A stretch of DNA of 64,000 nt from Acidobacteriota bacterium (GTDB taxonomy: Bacteria; Acidobacteriota; UBA890; WLXD01). Position 1 is the first letter of the stretch. Every line of letters begins with the position of its first letter. Both the position numbers and the translations under genes were made by a program. Under the pieces are notes generated by a model that was given only the letters and a program-made list of their open reading frames with translations, did not search any database and was not told the origin of the DNA. Shown piece after piece: positions 11,739-22,700 of this stretch. The stretch lies in NCBI GenBank assembly GCA_963666215.2, contig CAXWPL010000001.1, positions 224,001 through 288,000 on the forward strand, read 5' to 3'.

Positions 11739-12593
11739 TCAGCGTAGCAGACCACCCTCACGCGCTAGCTCCTCGAGCGCCATCGTCACCGTCTCGCCCA
11801 TGTCGGGCACGGCGAAGTCTGCCGGTCCGAATCGCGGATTGAGCTCCGCTTCGCCGATCAGTCGCAGATCGAGTCCGAATCGATCTTCGACATCGAGATG
11901 AATCCGGCTGGGGACGGCGCCACCGGAACCCACCGGTCCGGGAACCCACGACTCGACGGCTGCGATCACTCGCCCACCCGTATTCGTGTGCTCGATCGTT
12001 TCGAAGCGCAGCGTCACCGGGTGCAGCCAGGCCAGCGTGCGGCCCTCACCACGCAGCAGCTCAACGCGCACACGGCGCCGGTCGGCGTCCCAGACCACGG
12101 TGGCCGGTTCGGCCTCCGAATCGACGCCGCAACCGAGGAAGAGCGCCACGGTGTCGGCTGCCAGAAGGGGCACTCCAAGGGCGCGGCCGAAGCGCTCGTC
12201 GCCGCCCGGTCCGTTGACGGCCCCCCTATACAAGACGTCGGCCTGGTCGGCGAACCAAACACCGATCTCCACGGCGCTGGCCACCAGTAGGGCCTCGACC
12301 TGGCCGACCGGAGAGTAGCCGCGTATGTCGATGCGACTGGGTGACTCGACCCAGACCGAGACATCGAAGCTGCGACGGCCAATGCCTCGCGACGCACGCA
12401 CGGTGTAGTTGGCGACCAAACCGCGGACCCCCGCGCAATCGGCGCGGGCGGCGAGGAGAAACGAGGCGGGGTCGGCCTGTGCACGAGCCGCGACCTGAGG
12501 ATGGGTTGCCACCCAGCCACCACGGGCGCAACCGGAAGCCAACAGAGCCAGGCTCAGAAAGATACTCAGGGGAACCTTCCGAACCAGGGCCAC
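11739..12593 (-). CDS. Hypothetical lipoprotein, possibly LolA/LolB-fold or DUF4292-like
   Basis: A GTG start at 12593 gives signal peptide MALVRKVPLSIFLSLALLASG-C with a lipobox; beta-rich body; the fold call is inference. Confidence 0.6.
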   Translation of the reverse strand: MALVRKVPLSIFLSLALLASGCARGGWVATHPQVAARAQADPASFLLAARADCAGVRGLVANYTVRASRGIGRRSFDVSVWVESPSRIDIRGYSPVGQVEALLVASAVEIGVWFADQADVLYRGAVNGPGGDERFGRALGVPLLAADTVALFLGCGVDSEAEPATVVWDADRRRVRVELLRGEGRTLAWLHPVTLRFETIEHTNTGGRVIAAVESWVPGPVGSGGAVPSRIHLDVEDRFGLDLRLIGEAELNPRFGPADFAVPDMGETVTMALEELAREGGLLR

Positions 12594-12706
12594 TGGTGGC
12601 GCCGTGCTCCTCGCAGCGCCCCGGCGCCGCCCGATTGTCCCTATAATTGGCGCCTGCACCGATTCCACCGCTCCTCTGAGTACCTCAACACCGGACAAGG
12701 GTAAGG

Positions 12707-14002
<1,296 letters not shown>

Positions 14003-14003
14003 C

Positions 14004-15046
14004 TGTGTTTTCTAAGTAGGTTGTTCACATCGGGGCTCACTTCTGAGATCAATGGGGTTGTTCAAAAGACTCCACGACCTCAGAAGGAGCGCCCGATGCA
14101 GCTGCATGGTAACGCCCGCACGATGCCGTATATACGCCGAGAGATGGTCCGCCGAGTCCGGGAGCGGGCGGAGCCCGTGACGGAAACGGCGGCGGCGCTC
14201 GGCGTGTCGGCTCGAACGGTTTACAAGTGGCTGGATAGATACGAGCGAGAAGGTGAGGCCGGGCTGCTCGATCGATCAAGCCGGCCGACGTGCTGTCCGC
14301 ACGCAACAAGCGCTGGAGTTGTGAGGCAGATCGACAAGCTACGTCGGCGGCGACTGACGGCCTGGCAGATCAGCCGAAGGTTGGCTGTGCCGCGCTCGAC
14401 CGTCTCGGCGTGGCTGAAGCGGCTCGGACTCGCCAAGCTTGATGCGCTCGAGCCCAAGCCCGAGATCGTTCGCTACGAGTACGAGCACCCCGGTGACCTA
14501 CTGCACCTGGATACGAAGAAACTGGCCCGTATCCGGCGACCTGGACACCGCATCCACGGCGACCGCTCCAAGCGGGCCTACGGCGTCGGCTGGGAGAACG
14601 CCCACGTCGCTATCGACGATCACTCTCGGGTGGCGTACGTCGAAGTGCTGCCCGCCGAAGACCAACACACCTGCACAGCGTTCCTGCAGCGAGCCGTCGA
14701 GCACTTCGCTTCGATGGGAGTAGCGGTGCGCCGAGTGATGACAGACAACGGGCCTGGCTACGTCTCGAAGCGCTTCAATCGCCTATGCCATCAACTCGAG
14801 ATCCGGCACATTTACACCCGGCCCTACACCCCCAGAACCAACGGCAAAGCCGAACGCTTCATCCGCACACTCAAGGAGCAGTGGGCCTACGGCACCTGCT
14901 ACCAGACCTCAGCTCGACGTACTCGAGCTCTACGGCCCTGGCTCAACCACTACAATCGTCACCGTCCCCACGCCGGCATCGGCATGACACCGCCGATCGC
15001 TCGGCTCTCAGGGGTGAGTTCGTGAACAACCTACCTAGAACTCACA
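14004..15046 (+). mobile_element. IS481-family insertion sequence, intact copy (1043 bp)
   Basis: TGT..ACA ends; 25-bp terminal inverted repeats with 3 mismatches; perfect 6-bp target duplication ACTAGC at 13998-14003 and 15047-15052. Confidence 0.96.
14096..15025 (+). CDS. IS481-family DDE transposase
   Basis: AAGGAG before the ATG; HGNAR N-terminus, HTH, LHLDTKKL, MTDNG, PRTNGKAERF, YN.HRPH. Confidence 0.96.
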   Translation: MQLHGNARTMPYIRREMVRRVRERAEPVTETAAALGVSARTVYKWLDRYEREGEAGLLDRSSRPTCCPHATSAGVVRQIDKLRRRRLTAWQISRRLAVPRSTVSAWLKRLGLAKLDALEPKPEIVRYEYEHPGDLLHLDTKKLARIRRPGHRIHGDRSKRAYGVGWENAHVAIDDHSRVAYVEVLPAEDQHTCTAFLQRAVEHFASMGVAVRRVMTDNGPGYVSKRFNRLCHQLEIRHIYTRPYTPRTNGKAERFIRTLKEQWAYGTCYQTSARRTRALRPWLNHYNRHRPHAGIGMTPPIARLSGVSS

Positions 15047-15236
15047 ACTAGCGCGCGCGCCTGACCGGGTAGCGAATCGGCGCTACACTGGCTGCCTGCT
15101 CAAGGGGTGGAGGAGTGAGTCGGCCGATGCCGCTGCCATGGCGCGCTAGCGCGCGCCAACGCGACGGTGATCGTCGAATTCATGAAACACTGGAGCGTTC
15201 GAGACCTTCAGGACATTCGAACCAAAAGGGGCCCGC

Positions 15237-15908
15237 ATGAAGATTTTCCTCGACACGGCCAACATCGAAGAGATTCGTGAAGCGGCCGACACTGGCGTGC
15301 TCAACGGCGTCACCACGAACCCATCGCTCGTGGCCAAAGAGGCGCGGCCATTCGAGGACATCATCGCGGAGATCTGCGACATCGTCGACGGTCCGGTGAG
15401 CGCCGAAGTGGTCTCGACACACTACGAGGGCATGCTTGCCGAGGCGCGGGCACTGGCGCCGATTCACGAAAACGTCGTCGTCAAGATCCCGCTTATCCGC
15501 GAAGGCATCAAAGCGGTTGGAACGCTCTCCCAGGAGGGAATCCGCACGAACGTCACGCTGTGTTTCTCGCCGCTGCAGGCGCTGCTCGCCGCCAAAGCGG
15601 GAGCTTCGATGATCTCGCCCTTCGTCGGTCGGCTCGACGACATCAGCCACGACGGCACGGAGCTGGTCGAGCAGATTGTCGCGATTTATCAGAACTACGG
15701 CTTCGCCACGGAAGTACTGGTGGCCTCAGCTCGGCACCCGCGGCACCTCGTGGAAACAGCGTTGATGGGGGCCGACATCGCTACGATGCCGTTCAAGTTG
15801 TTCAACGCGATGTTCAACCACCCACTTACTGACAAGGGGCTCGCGGCCTTCCTTGCCGACTGGGACAAGGCGCGCGACTCGGTCGCCGCGGCGCCGGTTT
15901 CCGGCTAG
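15237..15908 (+). CDS. tal: Transaldolase (small FSA/TalC family)
   Basis: [23 protein letters not shown]; SPFVGR has Phe, typical of transaldolase rather than FSA. Confidence 0.9.
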   Translation: MKIFLDTANIEEIREAADTGVLNGVTTNPSLVAKEARPFEDIIAEICDIVDGPVSAEVVSTHYEGMLAEARALAPIHENVVVKIPLIREGIKAVGTLSQEGIRTNVTLCFSPLQALLAAKAGASMISPFVGRLDDISHDGTELVEQIVAIYQNYGFATEVLVASARHPRHLVETALMGADIATMPFKLFNAMFNHPLTDKGLAAFLADWDKARDSVAAAPVSG

Positions 15909-15949
15909 GCCGGGACCAGGCGAGCTCAGGCGACCGCACGGCCACGCGC

Positions 15950-17539
15950 ATGTCCGACCCAACTGGAACAACCGAAGAGGCTCGGGGCAACGCCGATCCG
16001 CACGCCGAGCTCGAGAGGCGCAAGGCGGAGGCTAGCGCCGGTGGCGGTGAAGCGCGTGTGCGGCGTCAGCACGACGCCGGCAAGCTCACCGCTCGCGAGC
16101 GCCTCGACTACCTGCTCGATCCGGACACGTTCCAGGAGCTCGACCGCCACGTTCGCCACCGGTGCCGCGATTTCGGCATGGCCGACAAGCAGATCGAGGG
16201 CGACGGCGTCATCTCCGGCCACGGCCGCATAGACGGCCGGATCGTCTATGTGTTCGCGCAGGATTTCACGGTCTTCGGCGGCAGCGTTTCGGAGGCGAAC
16301 GCGGCCAAGATCTGCAAGATCATGGACCTGGCGATGAAGGTGGGCGCTCCGGTCATCGGCCTCAACGACTCCGGCGGCGCGCGCATCCAGGAGGGCGTCG
16401 CTTCACTCGCGGGTTATGCCGACATCTTTCTGCGCAACACGCTCGCTTCCGGCGTAGTGCCGCAGATCTCGGCAATCATGGGCCCCTGCGCCGGCGGGGC
16501 GGTCTACTCTCCGGCGATCACCGACTTCGTTGTCATGGTTGAGAACACCTCCTACATGTTCCTCACCGGCCCCGAGGTCATCAAGACGGTGATGCACGAG
16601 GAGGTCACGGCGCAGGAGCTCGGCGGCGCCGCGGTGCACAACTCACGCAGCGGTGTGGCGCACTTCGCCGCCACGGATGACCGAGAAGCGCTAGCGACGA
16701 TCCGTGAGCTGATCTCCTTCCTGCCCAGCAACAACCGGGAAGATCCACCGCGCCGAGACCCCACCGACGATCCCCGTCGCGCCGACGCCGAGATCGACGC
16801 GATCGTCCCCGACGACCCCAATCGGCCGTACAACATCGTCGACCTCATCGGTCACGTGGTCGACCACGGCGAATTCCTGCAGGTGCATCGCACTTTCGCG
16901 CCGAACATCGTGGTTGGACTAGCCCGTCTTCACGGTATGCCGGTTGGCATCGTAGCCAACCAGCCCGATCATCTGGCCGGCACGCTCGACATCGATGCCT
17001 CGGTAAAAGCGGCTCGTTTCGTCCGCTTCTGCGACGCGTTCAACATCCCGCTCGTCGTTTTCGAAGACGTCCCGGGCTTCCTGCCGGGCACCGTGCAGGA
17101 ATTCGGCGGCATCATCAAACACGGCGCCAAGCTACTCTATGCCTTCGCCGAGGCTACGGTCCCGAAGCTCAACGTGATCACCCGCAAGGCCTACGGCGGG
17201 GCGTATTGTGTCATGGCGTCGAAGCACCTCCGCACCGATGCCAACTTCGCCTACCCAACCGCCGAGATCGCGGTGATGGGCCCCGAGGGCGCGATCAACG
17301 TGCTCTATCGCCGCGACCTGGCCGAGGCCGACGACGCTGCAGCCGACACACTGCGAAGTCAGAAAGTCCAGGAGTTCCGCGACAAGTTCGCCAACCCGTA
17401 CGTAGCCGCCGAGCGCGGCTGGGTGGACGAGGTCATCCGGCCCCGCGACACACGCCGAAAGCTCATCCAGGCGCTGCTCGCGCTGGAGACCAAGGTCGAC
17501 ACCAACCCGCCGAAGAAGCACGGCAACATCCCGCTCTAG
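15950..17539 (+). CDS. pccB: Acyl-CoA (propionyl-CoA-like) carboxylase, carboxyltransferase beta subunit
   Basis: [54 protein letters not shown]. Confidence 0.93.
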   Translation: MSDPTGTTEEARGNADPHAELERRKAEASAGGGEARVRRQHDAGKLTARERLDYLLDPDTFQELDRHVRHRCRDFGMADKQIEGDGVISGHGRIDGRIVYVFAQDFTVFGGSVSEANAAKICKIMDLAMKVGAPVIGLNDSGGARIQEGVASLAGYADIFLRNTLASGVVPQISAIMGPCAGGAVYSPAITDFVVMVENTSYMFLTGPEVIKTVMHEEVTAQELGGAAVHNSRSGVAHFAATDDREALATIRELISFLPSNNREDPPRRDPTDDPRRADAEIDAIVPDDPNRPYNIVDLIGHVVDHGEFLQVHRTFAPNIVVGLARLHGMPVGIVANQPDHLAGTLDIDASVKAARFVRFCDAFNIPLVVFEDVPGFLPGTVQEFGGIIKHGAKLLYAFAEATVPKLNVITRKAYGGAYCVMASKHLRTDANFAYPTAEIAVMGPEGAINVLYRRDLAEADDAAADTLRSQKVQEFRDKFANPYVAAERGWVDEVIRPRDTRRKLIQALLALETKVDTNPPKKHGNIPL

Positions 17540-17629
17540 AACGTATTCTGAAAGATCCTGCGGTGAGCCTGAGCCCGCATCGGCATCGATCTTTCTCGAG
17601 GACTCCACACGCTCCGCAGGGATAACCGC

Positions 17630-19183
17630 ATGCGTTCGATCCGCCGCATTCTGATCGCCAATCGCGGTGAGATCGCCGTTCGGGTGATCCGCGCCTGCCG
17701 CGACCTCGGCCTGGAGTCGGTGGCGGTCTACTCCGATGCCGACCGCGAAGCGCTGCACGTGCGCTACGCCACGAGCGCCCATCGGCTGGGCCCGGCGCCG
17801 GCGACGGAGTCGTACCTCGACGTCGAACGTGTTCTTCGAGCGGCCCGCGACAGCGGCGCCGACGCCGTTCACCCGGGCTACGGCTTTCTTGCCGAGAACG
17901 CCGCCTTCGCCCGAGACTGTGCCGCGGCGGGGCTGACATTCATCGGCCCGAGTCCCGAGGTGATGTCGACCGTTGGTGACAAGAACGAAGCGCGCCGAAT
18001 CGCCGAGCGTGCTGGCGTCCCCACGGTCCCCGGCAGTCCCGGCCCCGTCGAGAGCGCCGCTGAAGCGGCCGAGTGGGCCGACAAGCTCGGCTTTCCCGTC
18101 ATGCTCAAGGCCATCGCCGGCGGCGGCGGCAAGGGAATGCGGCGCATCATGACAGCCGATGAGCTCGAATCGGCTTTCCGACTCGCCTCGAGTGAGGCGA
18201 CATCGGCGTTCGGCGATGGTCGCCTTTATCTGGAAAAGCTGATCGAGGCCCCTCGCCACGTAGAGATCCAGATTCTCGCCGACGAGCACGGCAACCGTGT
18301 CCATCTGGGAGAGCGCGAATGCAGCCTGCAACGGCGCCACCAGAAGGTCCTCGAGGAGGCCCCCTCCCCCATCGTCGACGATGAGCTGCGGGCGCAAATG
18401 GGCTCCGCCGCGCTGGCGATAGCCCAGGAGGCCGGCTACACCAGCGCCGGCACCGTGGAGTTTCTGCTTGCCGACGGCGACGGCCACAGCGGCAGCAAGA
18501 GCTTTTATTTCATCGAAGTGAACGCGCGCCTGCAGGTCGAGCACGCGGTCACCGAAGCGCTCACCGGCATTGATCTGGTCGCCGCTCAGATCGCCATCGC
18601 CGAGGGACGAGAGTTGCCCTTCCGGCAAGAGGACATCACTCGGCGCGGCCACGCGATCGAATGCCGCATCTACGCCGAAGACCCGAGCAACAACTTTGCG
18701 CCGGCTCCAGGTCGCATCCACGGGCTGCGCATCCCCGGCGGCCCGGGCATACGCGACGACTCCAGCCTGTATGAAGGCTACGAGGTCCCGGTTCACTACG
18801 ACCCGCTGATCTCCAAGCTCGTCGCCTGGGGACACGATCGACCGAGCGCCATCGCTCGCATGCGGCGCGCGCTCGAGGAATACAAAGTCGTCGGCATCGC
18901 GACAACAATCCCGCTGTTTCAGCGGGTTCTGAGCGACCCGGATTTCGTGGCCGGACGGTTCGACACCGGCTATCTCGACCAGCTGCTGGCCACCGACCGC
19001 GAAGCCGTCGATCTGCCGAGGGAAGAAGAGATTGCCGACGTCGCGCGTCTGGCAGCGGCGCTCCGGACCTTTCTGGCCAGCGAACAGCGCGCGTTCGCTC
19101 CGCGCCTGGGAGGCAGCGCTTCCATGTCGGCATGGAAGCATGCCGGACGACTCGCGGCCCTCGGCGGGCTCGCAAAATGCTGA
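17630..19183 (+). CDS. accC: Biotin carboxylase subunit
   Basis: ILIANRGEIAVRV, HPGYGFLAEN, GGGGKGMR, ERECSLQRRHQK, EVNARLQVEH. Confidence 0.93.
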   Translation: MRSIRRILIANRGEIAVRVIRACRDLGLESVAVYSDADREALHVRYATSAHRLGPAPATESYLDVERVLRAARDSGADAVHPGYGFLAENAAFARDCAAAGLTFIGPSPEVMSTVGDKNEARRIAERAGVPTVPGSPGPVESAAEAAEWADKLGFPVMLKAIAGGGGKGMRRIMTADELESAFRLASSEATSAFGDGRLYLEKLIEAPRHVEIQILADEHGNRVHLGERECSLQRRHQKVLEEAPSPIVDDELRAQMGSAALAIAQEAGYTSAGTVEFLLADGDGHSGSKSFYFIEVNARLQVEHAVTEALTGIDLVAAQIAIAEGRELPFRQEDITRRGHAIECRIYAEDPSNNFAPAPGRIHGLRIPGGPGIRDDSSLYEGYEVPVHYDPLISKLVAWGHDRPSAIARMRRALEEYKVVGIATTIPLFQRVLSDPDFVAGRFDTGYLDQLLATDREAVDLPREEEIADVARLAAALRTFLASEQRAFAPRLGGSASMSAWKHAGRLAALGGLAKC

Positions 19184-19704
19184 TCGACGTTACCCTTTCG
19201 ACCGACGATCGGCCGACCCGGTACCTTATTGAGCGGCGTGGCGATCGACTGCACGCGTTTCGAGTCGCGGAAGATAGCAAGATCTCCGACGAGATCGAGC
19301 TTGATTTCAGCATGCCCGAAGCGAACCTCTACTCGCTTCTCGTCCAGGAGCACTCGTACGAGGTCTACGTAAGCGAGGCATCCGGCGAAGAGGACGAGCT
19401 CGAGGTTCATGTGCTCAGCCGAATTCTCCGCCTTCGGGCTGTAGACGCTCGACGACCGCGTGCCAGGCTAGAGGCAGCCGACGTCAGCGGTGCGGCTCGC
19501 ATCTTGGCTCCGATTCCCGGACGCGTGGTCAAGCTGCTGCAACAGCCCGGAGCGGCGGTGCGGCGCGGCGACGGGATCATCGTGCTCGAGGCCATGAAGA
19601 TGGAAAACGAGCTCAAATCACCGCGCGACGGGGTGGTCGCCACGATCGAGGTCGAAGAGGGTCAGGGGGTCGAGGGCGGCAGCCTGCTGGCGATCATCGA
19701 GTGA
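19177..19704 (+). CDS. Biotin carboxyl carrier protein
   Basis: Biotinylation motif EAMKMENE; ATG at 19177 overlaps the end of the biotin carboxylase gene. Confidence 0.92.
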   Translation: MLIDVTLSTDDRPTRYLIERRGDRLHAFRVAEDSKISDEIELDFSMPEANLYSLLVQEHSYEVYVSEASGEEDELEVHVLSRILRLRAVDARRPRARLEAADVSGAARILAPIPGRVVKLLQQPGAAVRRGDGIIVLEAMKMENELKSPRDGVVATIEVEEGQGVEGGSLLAIIE

Positions 19705-22700
19705 GCGATTCGGGCGCCAACAAAACCCCCCGCAGCGACGCCGACCGGCGGACTGCGGCCGGCGCGAATGAAGGATTTCGGGCACGGTCCCGAGAACGCC
19801 CACGCCGGCGCTGGAGCTGGTTGGCAGCGGTACCGTTCATCGCCTTTCTGGCGGCGTGGGCCGTGCTCGAGAGCCGATTCGCCGCCGAGCCCCTGCGCCG
19901 GCTCGTCGAGAACCGTGCCGCGGAACTGCTCGGCGGCGGCAGGGTAGAGATCGGCAAGCTCGACTTCGACCTCCTGCCGCTGCGAATTGAGCTCACAGAC
20001 CTGCGGGTCTGGTGGACCCTGTCGATAGACGGTGCCCCTCGTGGAGACACCGGCGCCGTAGTGCCCGGGCAGAGCGAGACCACTCCAACGCTCCGTGCCG
20101 ACCGATTGGCCGCTCGGATCGCAGCGTCGAGCTTGCTACGGCAACGCATCGAGTTCCTCGCGATCGAGCTCGATCGACCCCACATCCATCTCGACAGCGA
20201 TGATGGCCGCACCGCCAGAGCGACCGATCCTGACGATCTCGGCGACCTTGTGAGCGTGCTCGACTCCGAGGTCGGACCACCCGATGCGTCTCCTGGTTTC
20301 GAGGTCGTCGTCCAGCAGGTGGTGGTCACCGACGGGACCGTCGAGATCAACCATCGGCCAGCTCGCCTCCAGGGCGAGCTTGGCGGCATCGAGCTGCGCA
20401 TCGCGTCCCTCGAAGCGGCGTCGGGAGCCGCCGGGGCCTCCAGAGCCTCCGGACCAGCCGCAGGGGCAAAGCGAGGCAGCCTGAGCGTCGCTCGCGGCAG
20501 CCTTCTGCTCGGCGACCCGGACACACCGACTGCCAAGCTCGTATCGGTGCGTTTTGAAACCGAGATTGTGCGCCGCGATCGCAGTGGCGGCTTCGACGTA
20601 GAGTCGATGCTGCTGGAAATCGGATCGAGCCGACTCGAGGGCAGCGGCTCAGCGGCCGACGTGGCCAACGGCGAGCTCGCGGTGCGTGGCGAGATTGACC
20701 TCGCCGAGCTGTTTCGTCACTGGTCGCCACCGTGGCCGGGGAGTCACTCCGGGTTGGCCTCGATTGACGGCCGCGTGGAGCTCAGCGACGGGCTACCGCG
20801 CTTCGAGGGTCGGCTCACGACCGCCCGCGCCGTCGTCGCCGACCTGCCGCTCCTCGACGTCGCAACGGAAGTCGAGCTGGCACCCCACACGATCGCCCTG
20901 CGCGAACTGACCGCGCGACTCCTTGGTGGCTCGTTGCGGGGCTCGCTGGAAGTCCAGCTCGAGCGTGATCGGCCGGCCGCCCTGAGCGTCGACTATGAGC
21001 TCGCCGAGGTCGACGCGGCACGCCTTTCGCGCTGGCAACCGCTGCAGGGCTGGCGTTTCGCCGGCGCGCTCGCAGCCGTTGGTCAAGCGTCGTGGTCGAC
21101 TCCCTGGAGGCAAACTCTCACCGGCAACGGCACCATAACCGTCGGAGCGCTCGAGGCTCATCCGACGACCAACGACTTCGTCGCCACGGGCTCGGAGGCG
21201 GCCGTCGCGGTCGACGCTTCCACCGATCGCTCGACTTTCGGGCGCCAGCACCCGACTCCAGCGCTGCCGTTGCCAGCGCACGCCGCGGCCAGCTACCGCA
21301 TGCGAGCCGGAGCAGTCCTGATCGACAGCGCCGAGCTCCAGTTGCCAGGATCACGGCTGTGCGCCAGCGGTCGTGTCGGCGGAGATCGTCAACTACTGCT
21401 GGCCCTCGACATCGAAACCTCCGACCTCCGCAGCCTCGACGAGCTCGTGGCGCAAATCCGTACGCCGTCGTCACCGCCCTCCAACTCGCTGGTCCCGGCA
21501 GTCTCGACAGATTCAACCCAGGCGACCCCGCCTGCGGGCGCATCCGCCTCTGTTGGGCGGATCCCAACGGGCGGCCAGCTAGCGAGCATCGGCCCGCGGG
21601 CCCAACGGCTGGGGCTGCGCGGCGTCGGTCGAGCCGAGCTTCGCGTGACGGGCACCACGGCGGCACCACAGATCGCCGGCTCGGTCATGGCGCAGTCGCT
21701 GTCGATCCGGCAGACAGTGGTAGGTACCCTCGAAGCCCGTCTGAGAACCGAGCAGAACCACCTCAGGCTGAGCGATCTACGCCTGCGTCAGGCATCGGGT
21801 GAGGTGACGGGCGTCGGGGCGTTCCGCCTCGGTGGCAGCACCGGCGACGCATCTGCGTCGCCCGAGGAACTGGGCAACGACGACTTCGAGCTGCGTCTGA
21901 ACGCGGTGCGCTATCCACTGCGCACGCGAATCAGCGTCGGCGACGAGCGTCGCGATGTCGCCGGAGCGTTCGACGGCTCGGTGGAGGTGCGCGGAAGCTA
22001 TTCCCGTAGCCGCGAAACGCCCAACGATATCCGGCGAGACTCGACCGCTGGGTCGTGGACCGCTCTCTTCAACCTCACCGCCTCCGACTTCCGCGTAGAC
22101 GGCAGCACGCTCGGACTCGCTGCGGCGGAAGGAACCGCCGCTCCGGGCATCTGGAACATCCGCGCCCTCCAACTCAACGGCCCGATCGCGAAGGGCAGGG
22201 GCAGGCTGACCATCAGTCCCGGCCTGGTGGACCTGGAGACAAACTTCGAGCACGTCGACCTTGCCCCGGCCCTTGCGTTGGGCTTGCCGAGCAGCGAAAT
22301 TGCGGCACGCGGCAGCATTGGCGGCACGGTGCGTCTCGCCGGCGCTCCGCACGCGCTCTCAGGGATGGCGCGCCTTCATGCCGACGATCTCGTGCTCGGC
22401 GGTGTTGCGCTCGGTGCGCTACAGCTCGGCGCCACGGCCGGATCCGGCCTCTTCTCGCTGCGCGCCGTCGGCAGCGCACCTCCCACGAGCTCGAGCTCGA
22501 TCGCCTCGCCGGCCTTGCCGCCGCGCGCCACGACGGTGACGGCGATCCCGAACTTGCCAGCGGCCCCCGACAGCGCGTGGACGGCGGCCGCCATTGTGGC
22601 GACGGTGAGCTCGGCTGCGGAACCGTCAGCCGCGTCTGAGCTCGTCGGCTGGCCCACAACCGTGCACGCGCGCATCAATGGCGACGTGGCACGCGCCCTG

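Noticed and set aside
15140-15157. GCGCGCTAGCGCGC palindrome between the IS and tal
   Set aside because: A short GC-alternating palindrome is likely by chance at this composition, and there is no U-tract.
17132-19141. 669-aa antisense ORF, and similar shadow ORFs such as 4316-5248 and 53744-55078
   Set aside because: They lie antisense to well-supported genes; long shadow ORFs are expected at high GC, and they carry no motifs.
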